Shown here: positions 23,452-36,634 of the stretch, piece after piece
Layout: the number at the start of each line of letters is the position of its first letter
How positions within the stretch are numbered: the first letter of the stretch is position 1
NCBI GenBank assembly: GCA_003971905.1
Contig: RSEE01000088.1
Coordinates: forward strand, 248,001 to 298,760
Reading direction: 5' to 3'
Length of the DNA stretch: 50,760 nt
Source of the DNA: Moniliella sp. 'wahieum'
Lineage: Eukaryota
Translations under genes and position numbers: made by a program
Notes under the pieces: generated by a model
Seen by the model: the letters and a program-made list of their open reading frames with translations, nothing else
What the model was told of the DNA's origin: nothing
Database searches by the model: none

Positions 23452-26400
23452 GGTGGTCACTTGACTATTGGCCTGCTAGCAACCCCGCCAGAAGACGCTT
23501 CTGCCGCAAGCGCGGGGGCTTTACATTTCACATTTCTCACGTCAGCGTAACATCGCTGCACCCAGTACATCGCCCGACTGCTTTTAGTTGCCCAGACTAT
23601 AGATCTTCACATCAGCTGTGGACTACCCAACACACTCCCAAGTGCTGCCCTGCGACGTCTTCTGGGTACGATGCCCACCATTCCATCATCTGTTCGCTCC
23701 AGCGCCATAATCACGCGTCCCGAAAGAGTAGTAGGACCATCCGTGGTGGTCCCTCGAAGCCGAATGGGCCCGGATGGCTGTCGCCGGTCTCGGTGGGGTG
23801 TTGGGACTTGGAGCACCGCTGGTGCGCTCCGCCACGCACCTCGACCGCTCTTCGGATACCCGTGATCCATAATGCGAAGGAGGCGAAGGAGGCGAAGGAG
23901 CCAATAGATCTTCAAGTTTCGGCATGCTGCGTCCTTGGCGCTGAGGGGGGCTGCGTCCCCTCTCGCCTCGCAGCGTGTTCTTGGGAGAAGTACCTTCTTG
24001 CCGAAGCGTTTCCACCCCCTGGCAGCCCTCTCACGACGGAGGTAAGGCAAACGTGGAGAGGGTAATGAAGACGAACGGTACAAGGTCCTCTTTCCCGATT
24101 GGCCATCAATGTGGATGAACTGTCCCCGAGCAGGCACACCAGTATGGCCGAGAAGTCGGCTTTGCCCCACCGAGCGGGGAGCCAGCGCTGCTCTTGTCGC
24201 CTCAGTTATCCTTGGCGAAGGGGGGTTGGATTCGTGAGACACACCGTGCCGCTCACGATGGGGATCGTGATACCGCTCCGTGTACGTCCAAGGCGATCGG
24301 GACCTGGCCTCGTAAGACCCGCCTCCGTAAACGTCACTGCGGTTTTGGAAACCTAAGCTAGGTCCTCGTCTCCAGGTGGGGCTGGACGTAGTGGAAGTCT
24401 GTGGAGGTTGATGATGTGTGGGGGGGAGCGTTCGAGCCTTCGGTTCTCCTCCCACCGAGAGTAGCGACTCTCATGTGTACGAACAGGGCCAACCATCATG
24501 TGTGGGGAAATTGGAGTGGCAGCTAGAATGATGATGTCGACAATGGGAGGAGGTTAAATAAGAACTCTTCGAGCGAGTCTCATCTACCTTCCATAAGCTC
24601 ATCAGGTGTGCTACGACGCAGGGGCCATCCAACAAAAAAAAACTGCCAAGCTCCACAGGGGAGAGAGAGCGCCAAAAATGTCAACGTGTGAAGATTTGCT
24701 TGACCTAGCTTGGCCTCCATCCTAGACCATGTGAAGTCTCACTCGCCCAGACCCACAACGGTGGAGGCCCCATGGTGGCGCGTGTGGGACACGACGCTCT
24801 CTCGCGGAAGACACCTAATATGTACGGGGTCTCTTTTGTTCAACGTACTAAACGCGCATATGCTTTTGGAGTCTGCGGAGTGTATGATCTGATTATCCCT
24901 AGTTGTCTGTTTATGTCGGTGAAGGATTGCCTTCTATTGTATTGTGCTCAACGAACGTTCAGCCTGAATTGCTGCTCTCTAGGGCCGGCTCACGGCCTAA
25001 TAAGAGAGCCTAATGGCCATGGTTCAAAGAAGGGTAACCGGTTAGTAACCGGTAAGGCCTAAAAGGGCTGACGCGCTGACGGCTGACAGCGTGACGGCGC
25101 CACGCCATACGACATGCGATGGGTGATAGCCGCACATGCTGCACCTGGCGGGCAGAAGGTTGTGTCAAAATCTTCCGATGCACCGCGTGATTCACGCATG
25201 TGCTGCGTGCTACATGTGCTCTCGCTCCATGCAGCTGTGGAGTGTATGTGGGGGGGGCGGCGCACTGGGGCACCGGGGGGCACAGAGGTGCCCACCATTA
25301 TATTTCGCTCTTCTCTCACGCCGACCATACGATTGCGGTTGCTCGCGTTGCTCGCTTCTCGTGGCGACTGCACGGAAGACTGTGCACGGAAGACTGTGCC
25401 TTGGCGTTCGGTCAAACAGCCCCTTGTGTTCTCTGCCCTTCTCTGCCCCCAAGTGCACACTGTCCGCCTCACGCTACCCCGGAATCTCTGGAGAGACATG
25501 TGCTCGAAAGCACTGCACAGTACGTGTTGAACGTGTATGATACTGACGTACTGACAGCGGACACTAACCGGCAATTCGCGGCCACATTCTGCTCCCTGAG
25601 GGATCAACGACCGGACCGCCGGGTCCACGTGCATGACGCATGGTTCCCGCCGCCGAGTCTAAACGATCTAAAACCCGCTATCCGCGGGGCAGGCGCTGGT
25701 ACACCTGCGCGGCTGTCCCAACTGTTATACCAGATTATACCCTCGTTGCGCCCCTTGAAGCTTAAAGCTTAACATCTTAGATCTCAGAGAGATCTCAACA
25801 CTCTCAACATTGAGTTCAACGCAACCCTCCATATGTACAACCGTGCCGTTCCTTTGCAATTGTATGCCACAAGTACTAAGTGCGGGGAGGATTATATTTC
25901 ATGGCAGTTTTGTCGGAGGATACGGTCACGAACACTTTCAAACAAAACATTGCCAAGGCAACAACGATCATCGATCAACGGTCAAAGAGGACTGCTAGTG
26001 CCTATTCCTTCCACCCCTTCCTGTGGGCCCCAAATTAAGCACAAGCCCCGCCCCAGTCCAAAGGAAGGCTCGCATAGAGGGCCAGGCCGCCCCGACAAGC
26101 GCTGGCCATCAGTACTCAGTACCATTGATGCTCTTGTCCCGTAATTCCACTTTAGTCACGGCCTGCGCTTGAGCAATGGTTTCTGGTTAAACTTGGCCTG
26201 GGAACTACCAAGAAATGAGATAGATGAGAGCTTAGCGTGCCGGCGCAACTTCGTCGGAGCGCCAACAAACGGTGTGGCTTCGCGCCGATCCGAATAACAA
26301 ATGTGCAGTCATTGAAATGTTCACAATGTCAATAGGGTTTTATGCTAGGGTTCTTGGCCCGCAATGTATCAGCTGCGGCAAGCGTCTGGAGTAGTGCCCT

Positions 26401-26650
26401 TGAATTTTCAATTAGGCCAGCGATCGTCTTGGTACGCCGCGGCCACGTCTTGTCTCCACCGCTCAGCCCATCGTCGACTCGTCGCCGTCTTTGTACGTTT
26501 TCGTCTGTCTGCTCTTCACGGTGATGCGCATGGCCTCGGGATCCATGGGTCCATGTTCCATCAGCTGGTGAATGGGCCCGTCTGCCTCCATCGATGGAAA
26601 CGACGCTGCTAAACGCGGAACTAACCCCTGCCTGTCCAGCTACCTCCACC

Positions 26651-26892
26651 ATGGCTCACGCTAACGTCTGGTTCTCTCACCCCCGCAAGCACGGCAAGGG
26701 CAGCCGCCAATGGTACGTTTCCTCTTTGCTCCCAGCGTGCGCCCCTTGAAATCGTAAGACCCAAAAGGCTGACCCGTCCCACAGCGCGTGTGCTCGAACA
26801 ACGGCGGTATCATCCGCAAGTACGGGCTGGACATCTGCCGCCAGTGCTTCCGTGAGAAGGCCAGCGCGATTGGCTTTGCCAAGTTCCGCTAA
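26651..26892 (+). CDS. RPS29: 40S ribosomal protein S29 (uS14); intron 26713-26784; not in the ORF track
   Basis: [21 protein letters not shown] / [49 protein letters not shown] intron; one C appears missing at the start of exon 2. Confidence 0.96.
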
Positions 26893-29756
26893 GCTTTCGA
26901 CTTGTACCAAAAGGGCTTCTCGGCCTGGCTATGCATGATCCTTGCGATCCATCTCGACGACTGTGAGACCCTGTGAGCGGAAACCACGATCCTCTGGGAC
27001 GAAATCTGAGGTTCGGCAAGGCGCGATAGGTGCCAACCGAGAGGCATAACCGTCAGTTGCACACTAACCAGATTCGCTCTATGGTTGCCTTGCTGTTACG
27101 CTATCCTTGCATTTGGTGGGACGCTGGCTTGAGGAGTAGGACCCCTGGCGCTTGGCAGGAAATCGTTTATGCTTCGCCCGGCCTAGCCGGTTGTTTTCGA
27201 CTATGAGTGCTTGGGCGAGTGTGCAGGTGCAGGTCGTTGCGCGTTGTGCGACGTGGGGAAAGCAACCCCATTGGCAAAAGAGGCGACAAAGGTAGTACCA
27301 GAGATAGTAGGCGTCCGTCCTGCTGATAGATCCCACAGAATGTACCACGATATACAACCTGCACACTTTGTCGACATCTACAGGCATCAAGTGACGCCTA
27401 GGCCGGATGTGCCTGCCCCGTTTGGTGTCCCAATGTCAACTCCAAACTGATGAAGACCCGTGCGGGCCCTATCTTCCATGGCAGATCGATCATCAACCTT
27501 CACTGGTCACACCTGGCAAGTTTAATGAAGTGTAGTCGCTAGTAGTCACTTGTGTGTAGCGGGCTGGCCTGCCGGGCGGACGCAGTTTTACCTGTTGGAT
27601 TTACCGCGAGGGGGATTTTTCCTACAAAAAGACTCACCTTCAAACATCCCTTTCAGTTGGTCAAGGGTCAGCTCAGCCAATACGAACCTCTTTACAAAAT
27701 GTTCCTGACGGCTCCATGCAATGTGTGTCTCTTAATAGGTATGGGGGAAAGAATAGCTGCGTTCATTCAGGCCTGCGGTAAAATCATCATTTGCCATCGT
27801 ACTAGTTGCTGAAAACGTTGTGATCGACACTGCATCAGCCCGTGAAAAGCAACCAGGACTATTATGAACCATCTCTTGCGTGGTCCCGCACTTCAGAAGC
27901 AGGGAGGCTTACCCATGTATGTTGTTAAAGATGGACTTTGTAGGGTGAAAGGGAATTGCGAAGTCCTCGAAATTAGCTGCTAAACGGTGAGGAAAGTTAA
28001 CGAGAGGGGAAATGTTGTTGACCCATTCCACGGTTTTGGTGATCACTTTTCGTACAGCAGGTTTCCATCATACGAGGTTCTTTAGTAACAAAGTGTTGGA
28101 TTCTATCCCATGCCCGCGTCCATTGTGCTCGCCTTCTTGCCTCCCCTCCCTGAGGTGCGAGTCGTATAGTGCCCGCAAGGTCTTCCTTTTCGACCCCATC
28201 CTCTTCGTCTAACTCGATTTGCTGGTCCCGGGATCGCGACTTCAACCTCCAAACGCGCTTGTGACCGTGAAGAGTTGCAGATAGAAGGAAGAGGGCCACG
28301 ACTTTCGGCTGAGACATCATGTGAACTCCTCAACTTGAGTGTTAACCCTTATATCCCACCAACTTTTGGTGTTCATGCCATAGCCTGGTGCACCCAACAC
28401 GACTCATCGTGACTCGATGGCTGCAAAAACGGAGGCTGAGAATTGACTGGAAGTCAATATCTCTGATCGGGGAAGCAGAAGATGCCAGGGTCATAAGCAA
28501 TGCGCATCAATGTATATACCGCTACTATAAATCGAAAATGCGACAACAGATGGTGGACCAGGTCGAGTGCAAGAACACTGTCGCCAGAAGTTGGTCAACC
28601 TACTGTTTATCGCGACCGATATGGGCTAGGATATGTCCTGTGTCACAGTTAAATCCTCCCAGACCTCGAGCGGAAGATAACTGCCGATGGAGTCCTGGGT
28701 ATTGCCGACCCTATCCTCGCGGGATGCAGAAACACCCATACGGCGAACCCCTGATACCATTTCTGTTGATAGTGACCCGTTCATATTCAAAAAAAGCGAA
28801 AGGGTGTTAGTACTTTCATAGGAATCCTGCGGCGCGTAGGAGGGGTTATGATCCTGACCTTGTTGTACTCCACCAAGCGTTCGACATAGTGGCGTGGGTT
28901 GAACATACTAGTAAAGATGCCATAGCCAAAGATTCTTGCTTAGCATTGGCTGTTGAGAGAAACAACGCCTACTAGGCAGTCCTGTTGTCATCCCGGAGCG
29001 ATGCAACTTCCTGATGTAACGATCTCAATAAGAGGGAAATAATAATGATCCCTGTGCCGGCGAAACGGCACGATCTGGTGGATGAGGAACATCGTCTTCA
29101 TACTCTTCTAGTTCCACCTCAGATGCCAGTACGTCTGAATTGACAAGCATCTCTACGTGAGCTGACTCAAATTCATTGACAAGCCTTGCCACCCACGATA
29201 TGACCCACACTATCAATCTCTATGCTCCCCGCTCGGCCATACTTCCTGTCTCCTCACGGTTTCGAGCACGAACCGCGCTTAACATCGCACAAGAAAGAGA
29301 GTTATGCATACCCCTCTATTCTACATCCATATCATTGACAGAGCTTAAGGCTGGGACAGGGAAACGCTATACGCCTAAACCGACCCGTTCATCTTGCGTG
29401 TGTTACTTGGAACTGCCATGTGGTCAGCCCGCATACCCCGTCTCTGAGAACACCTGCTGATTTAATTGCTCCTCCAAAACCTTCTAGGCTTGTTTTTGGA
29501 TTACCCTCTTCTCGGACTCACCCACCGTCTGTTTCTTATAGGTTGTTGAGGTGCTTGAAGGGCGCTCTAGACCATTCGCTCCGCTCGACACCTGACCGCA
29601 CCAGAGGGCCCTGGAATTTCACACGGATTTTTTCCACTGCCCATTTCTGGGTACGCTCTCTTCTCTTTTCGTGTCTACGGCTTGCCCGTATATCGAGGAA
29701 TACCAAGACTGTAAACGCTCTGGTGTGGTGTGGTTGGGCATTACAAGACTGTGTCC

Positions 29757-29791
29757 GTGGTGTGGCCTGTGGTGTGGCCTGTGGTGTGGCC
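29757..29791. repeat. 12-bp tandem repeat GTGGTGTGGCCT, about 3 copies
   Basis: gtggtgtggcctgtggtgtggcctgtggtgtggcc. Confidence 0.8.
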
Positions 29792-31850
29792 GGAATGTCT
29801 GGCGATCGTAGCGTCAGCGTGACGCCACACTGGTGTAATGGTGCCGACAGCCCAATCCCGGAACCTTCCGGTTCATCCCTTACAATATTCCGTCTTGGAG
29901 GGCAGGAGTATTCTTGTAGCGTCTGTGGCCATGTGTAATGCGATACACTATATTAGCTGCCTGCTCTCTGGTCTTCTTCAGTCAGATGTGGTTACGAAGT
30001 ATTAGGATTGCAGCGTATGTGGCGGAGTGGTAGGGGTGGTAGGGGTGGTGTATAAGTCTGTCCAACAAGAAAGCGAGGACCCCCATATTTTCGGCCACCG
30101 GCAGCGGCACTCGTCTCTACAGTGCTGCATACAGACTTTTTCTCATGCACATGCCAAACCAGAAAGTGCCCTGATGCTGCGGGCTCAATGAAACACACCA
30201 CCCGCTTTCAGCCGCGCAGGCATGGCGCTAGTTTGGTCCAGTGCTGGCTGTGACAGTGATCGATGATGTCGATGATGACAGAGTGGCCATGCTGTGGCGC
30301 TGGGCGCGGAGCCTCAGCGCAGATCATTAAAGCGGCACTAGGCACTACAGTACTCATCGATCGCTTTGGCCAATGCCATCTTGCCGACGGGGGTGCGTGT
30401 GGTTCCTTCGCGTTATATGCATTTTGAGTGTACGCTCAAGGGGTCCCCGGTCCCCGGTCCCCGGTAACCGGTAACCGGTAATAGCCGATCAACGGGCTCA
30501 CGTCTACTGAAGCTTGAAGCTTGAAGCTTGATGCTTGAAGCCTACACTCGTGAGGCCCGAGGCATGATGCCATGAGGCCCGGGTCCTCTATATCAATGCC
30601 ACAGAAGAGGGCGATGATCGATGAAGCTAAGGAGGGCATGATTAGAGGGCAAGTCGAAGGAGCTCAGGAAGCACAGGAAATCAATTAGAAAAGCTTTTGG
30701 ACTCTCCCATATAGTAGGGCTTTAGGCCCAGTTCCCCAAAAGACTGGGGCCAGCCGATGGCCATGCATTAACACGTGGTACGTGACATTATGCAAATGGA
30801 TTCAACATTGATCAGAAGCTTGAAGGCCGTATGTCAATCTCATTGACCGTCGGCTCGGTCATTAACAGGAAAGTCACCCCACAGTCACCGCTGCTTCAAT
30901 CGATATGTGGGGTGTGTGGGGGAAACAAGAAGGTAGATGAGTTAAATGAGGCCTCCCTGAGGCCTGAGGGAATTTGGCCGTTTTTATGCCACAGTCGCGC
31001 ATGTGGCAGAGCGTGTGGGGTTATAGCAATCCGGTGGTAATTATACGGCGAGGTTCTTATTGTCCTCCCAACACACACATGGGAGGGTGTTGTGTCCCCA
31101 CAAGAAGTGCTGCGCCTGAGGCCTGAAGCATGATGCATGATGTGTTGGTTGTTGCACGTTGCCGAGAGGCTGCCGGTTTCGGCTGCGCCGCAGTTGCACA
31201 TCCATCATCGGCATATTCCCCCAACACGCATGCCTGCGCCAGGTCCCCCTCTCGGGCCGGCAGTCACTTCAGCGCTCAGCCTGAGCGCTCAGCATTGCCA
31301 TGTTGGCAGTGGACTCGTGTTGCTTCTGGTCAGGCCAATAAGCTGCCAGTGCAAGCTCCAAGAGCCATATCGCTTCAAGTAGTCTCTCACTGATCGCCCC
31401 ATCTGCATCATAAGAAGGGCGTCGATGCAAGTGGAGTGACCCGTTCACGCGTCACGGATGCGGGCCTTTCGGCGATATAGGCTTGCTATGCACCGCTTGC
31501 GCAAATCCCACACATCTCGTAATTTAACCTGCCCATTTAATTAAGTCCAAGACACGCTTCTCTTATTAGCTCCACAGCGAGAGCTGGTCTGTGCACTGTC
31601 TCGTATACCCCGCACTCGGACCCTTTCACCAACAGCCACCACACGCCATCCATTCAACCGCTGCCGCCACACCCCCCTGTGCACACATCGCGCCCCGTGG
31701 TCCCCCGGCTTGGCGTGTGACGCGCACCGACGCCTGATGTTATATAGCTCCGGCTTCGGGATGGCGAGAGTCGTTAACAGCTGCAACCGCCGCTACCCCT
31801 CATCGATCTCTTCATCGCTGGAAACTGCGTGTTACGCTGGACTGGTGGCC

Positions 31851-34393
31851 ATGTTATCTCAGCTGCTTCTGCTCGCGCTTGCAGCGACTTCGCTCGTGAA
31901 CGCGTATCCTCACCCTAACCCCGACCCTGTCCTTGGCTGGGCTTCGTCCGCTGCCCCTCTGCCCCGCGCTGTCAGCCAAACGGCGCTGGTACCTCAGACC
32001 AACGGCACCGGCCGCTGGGCCGACGCCATTGCCAAGGCTAAGCAAGCTGTAGCAAAGCTTACGGAAGAGGAGAAGGTTTGGCTCGTGACCGGCTCCGGAT
32101 GGGAGGCCGGGCCTTGCGTGGGAACGTCCCCGCAATTGACAAGATCGGCTTCAAGGGGCTGTGCCTCCAAGACAGTCCGCTCGGTGTGCGTTTTGCCGAC
32201 TTGGTCACTGCTTCCCCAGCGGCATCACTACCGCCGCCACTTTTAGCGCCGACCTTACGCGCGCGCGCGGCCGCAGCATGGGGGAGGAGTTCCACTCCAA
32301 GGGTGCCAACGTGCAGTTGGGCCCGGGGATGAACATGCTGCGTGCCCCCGAGATGGGCCGAAGCTGGGAAATGTGTGGTGCGGATGCTTACCTCTGTGGG
32401 GAGGCTGCCTACCACACTATCCAGGGCGTTCAATCTACAGGAGTTCAGTCCTGCGCGAAGCACTATATTCTCAACGATCAAGAGCATAATCGTCTTAATG
32501 TTTCGTACGTTCTTTGTTTTGTCTCCCGTTTGTGGTCATACGCACATCGTGATGGATACTGACTTTTCATTATGCTGTAGTGCGGTTGCTGAGGAGCGTC
32601 CCTTGAGGGAGATTTACCTCCACCCCTTCCTACGCAGTGTCCAGGCTGACGTGTCTTCGGTCATGTGCAGTTACAACCAGGTCAACGGCACATATTCATG
32701 CGAAAATGACGAGACCTTGAACACGATCCTCAAACATGAGATTGGTTTCAATGGCTATGTGATGACCGACTGGGGTGCTCACCACTCTGGCGCCAAGTCT
32801 GCCAATGCCGGCCTCGACCTGTCCATGCCAGGTGAACTCGACTCGGCCCCCTACGGTTTCTATCCTGATGGGCTGTTTCCCAATCTCCCCGTCATCCCCG
32901 GACCAAATGGAGGCAACCTGAGTTCATTCTGGGGAGGCAATCTCACGATTGAGATCCAAAATGGATCGGTGCCAATGGCGCGGTTGGATGACATGGCATC
33001 GCGGATCTTGACGCCGTGGTTCCTTTTGGGTCAGGACGATGATTACCCCGTTCCGAATTTCTCTTCGTTTGCGGCAGCCAATGCGACAATCCAAAAAGCG
33101 GTCAACGCCATGTCCCAGAACCACTCCCAGGTGGCCCGGGAGGTTGCTGCAGCAGGAACGGTACTGCTCAAGAACAAGGGTGGCCTGCCTCTCAACGGCC
33201 CAAGAAGTTGGCGCTGATCGGCTCCGACGCTGCGCCTGCTCATAACGGGCCCAACTACTTTGCTGATCGTGGTGGTATTGACGGTGTATTGGGCACTGGG
33301 TGGGGCAGTGGCACGGCCCCGTACGCGTATCTCGTTTCCCCTTACGAAGCTATTGCCCAGTACGTCTCTGTTCCCTCGCTTACGCCCCATGGTGACTAGC
33401 TTCCTTATATATAGCGATATACTGACTCTGTAATGCAGGCAAGTGTACCAAGACCGCACAGGCTTGGCCTGGACGTTTAACGACACCGACTATGTTCAGG
33501 CTCAGACAATCGCTGCACCGGCCCAGGCGGCGATCGTGTTCCTCTTCAGTGACTCTGGGGAGAACTATATCCAAGTGGCAGGCAACCAAGGCGATCGCAA
33601 CAATCTGACGGCTTGGAACGATGGTGACAAGATGGTCCAGAATGTGGCTGCGGTGAACAACAACACTATTGTTGTCATCCACTCCGGTGCCCAATTGGAT
33701 GTTGAGGCCTGGATCGAGCACCCCAACGTGACGGCCGTTGTGTGGGCCGGTATGCCCGGGAGCGAGGCCGGGAACGCATTGGCCGATGTGTTGTATGGGC
33801 GGGTCAACCCCAGCGGCCGCCTGCCCTTCACCATTGCTAAGAAACGGGAGGACTACAGTGCCGATGTGGTGTACAAGACGAATGCAACGCATACGGAGAT
33901 CAAGTACTGGGAGGGTCTGCACGTCGACTACCGCTGGTTTGACACGGAGGGCGCGCCTACTCCCCGGTACTCGTTTGGCCATGGATTGTCGTACACCACG
34001 TTTGACTACGCCAACCCCAAGGGCGCCTTCCTCCCTGGCAAGCAGTTGTTCAACTCCTCCTCTTGCCCCGAAACATACCCGCCCGAGCTGTTTGAAGATG
34101 TGTTTTCGTTTAGCTTTACTGTGCACAACATTGGTACCCTGGATGGGTTTGAAGTGCCCCAAGCCTACCTTGCCTTCCCGCCCGAGAGCGGTGAACCGCC
34201 CAAGGTGCTGCGGAAGTTTGACCGCTTCGCCTTGGCCAAGGGCGAGACCAAGACTGTGACCTGGACCCTCAACACGTACGACCTGTCTGTCTGGTGCCCC
34301 GAAGAGCACAAGTGGGTTGTTCCCAAGGGTACGACGAAGCTGCTGATTGGCGCAGGCTCTCGGGACATTCGTCTTTCCCTTCCCGTTGCTTAG
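31851..34393 (+). CDS. Secreted glycoside hydrolase family 3 beta-glucosidase; introns 32505-32580 and 33360-33438; several frameshifts
   Basis: Signal peptide, CVGN, LCLQDSPLGVR, GRSWE..G.D.YL, CAKHY, EIYLHPF, VMCSYNQVNG, nucleophile motif VMTDW, VLLKN, SDSGE, NPSGRLPFT, FGHGLSYTTF and an FnIII-like end. TATATA at 31741. Confidence 0.97.
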
Positions 34394-35710
34394 TTCAGTT
34401 TTCTTTACGATTGGGGCACCTGCCATTGACCTCTGTCTCTTTCAAAATCACCTCTCCGTTCTTTTACCTGACGATATGCATGAGTCGTCAGCCCCAAAAT
34501 ATCCGCGCGTCTACGTTGGTGTCGCCTATATTTTGACTGAATATATATATTGTCCGTTCTTTGCATGACTTCTACACTGCAGGCTTATATACTAGTACAT
34601 CATTGGTTGGCTACACAGTCAGACATATTTTAAGGCTAGAGAGCATCCCCCATTGTTCCTTTTCGTTCCTGCGGCAGTTTCTACTTAACTACAATTGGCT
34701 TTCCTCCATGCTCCCAATCAAGTGCGTCAAAAGCTCTCGCACAAGCACAGGGTCCAGAGATCAGGAAAGGACGCGGACCATACCCGAAAGGCCTTGAGCA
34801 CGAAGGAGACGATGGGTTTGTACCAGAGGCGTTCATGAACAAGATAATGATTTGAGCACTGGAAAAGAGTACAAAACTGACGAGTTTCATCATGTTGGAG
34901 AGATGGTTTACCGCGATCAGATCTATCTACTTATCACGCTCATTGTTATCCCTGCGCGCTGTATTCAGGTCGAAGCGAATGTATATGCTGGAGCCCCGGC
35001 AGAGAGTGTGACCTGTGCTTTTGCGGCGACTCCAACGGTATGTTTCCTAATTGGGTTTTTAGCATATGATCACAACTAAGCACAGCACACGCTGTATGGG
35101 TGAGCCGGTTAGCCGCACTAAGCTAACTAAAGGATATGAATACGTTACAGCTGGATAAGTCGATCGCGCATTGGTGATGGAATGATCATCAGGATATCAT
35201 TCCACAAGGAGAACTGACAAAGCGTTTGAACACATATATGCGTTTTAGTCGCTGTGTATGTACAAACGTAAATCTGGTGTTTTCACTGCAGATGCTCTGT
35301 CGTATAGTGTGGTCGAGAGGGGTTACGCACGGGTTACGCACCGGCATGGCTTACCCAGCTGATGTGCAGATGACCCGACTTGTTTGCAGCCAGCCCACTG
35401 CGTACTCGTAAGCAGAGGAATCGGCAGAAGAGGCAGAGGCAATTTCTCCGAAACATCCCCATGACTTACACTGCATGATGATCATGATCTGTATGACCTT
35501 TTTAGTTGCCCTCGGCCAATACGTGGATGCGACTATGCTTAATTAGCGCGCTCGGCAATATTATGGCTCCACCAGCAGCTCACCTGTCATTTAACCAGAG
35601 CGCTAGGGTTGTTCGCCACTCGGCACAAAAACGCCAAATATTTAAGTGGAGTAGTTAACGCGTCGTTGCCACCACCTCCGCCCCTGCTATACACCCCACC
35701 TCTGCCATTG

Positions 35711-36425
35711 ATGCCCCCTCTTCCTCTGCCAAAGTGCTGTACGTTATGTCATATCCTTGTTCCCTGGCGGACACTGCGAAATAGCTGACAATGCAAAAGC
35801 CATCTGTTGGACGTCGGCCTGGGATGCGGATCACGGCAAGTGGGGCAAGCGCTGTCTGGTTTGCCCAAACGGTCGGTCCATCTTCTTTTCTACCAAGGTG
35901 GCGCGTCACGAAAGGTCACGCAAGCACCGGTACCACGCGGCTAGGTTCGGCCGTCTTTCTTCCTCCCCATCGTCTCTCTTTGTTCAGTGCGAGAACGCAG
36001 AGGTGTCGGACGACTCAATTGAATCGTCCGGGGCAGAGGTCTGGACCCCGCCACAGCAGAGTAATGTCAGCTCTCAAGACACCATATACACCCAGACCTC
36101 CACTGGGGATCATTCATGCTTGCCCACCATGGATCAATCCGGGACCGAGTTATTGACCATCTCAACTTTGGCCCAGACGCTCTTCCCCGCCCAAGCACAG
36201 GGCTCGGGCACACCCACGTCACTTATCTCCACCATCAACAACACACTGCCCACACAACCGCCAATTCGCACTTGTCACGCACGAAATACGGATGGTTCGC
36301 TCGCGCAGGCGGAGCGACAACCTCACGTACCTCTGCCCGTCAGCCGCCTACCGACTCGGACCCCCAAGCGGAAAAACACTTTCCGTGAGGCCCCATACCC
36401 CGCTACACACACCGACCCCGTTTGA
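35711..36425 (+). CDS. Small orphan protein with CxxC and a C-x2-C-x14-H-x5-H zinc-finger-like motif; intron 35739-35799
   Basis: ATG at 35711; a GTACGT/CTGAC/AAG intron splices in frame to MPPLPLPKCSICWTSAW...RCLVCPNGRSIFFSTKVARHERSRKH, followed by a Ser/Thr/Pro-rich tail. Confidence 0.55.
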
Positions 36426-36634
36426 ATACACAACAGCGTGCCCAAAGGGGAGGCAGGCTGCTCTTCTCTCCAGCAACACCTACCCCGAAGAACTACTTTA
36501 GCCGAACGCTCCGCTCTCCCCTGCGTTTGCGGCCTAGAATCGGAAGCAAGATGCAAAAGGAGGGAGAAGGGGAGGGGCGTACATAAAGGTGAATGATACT
36601 TGAGAAGAAATGATGGACATGCGGAGGGGATAGT

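Noticed and set aside
31912..31921. ACCCTAACCC telomere-like 10-mer
   Set aside because: Lies inside the GH3 coding sequence (His-Pro-Asn-Pro codons), so it is explained by the protein.
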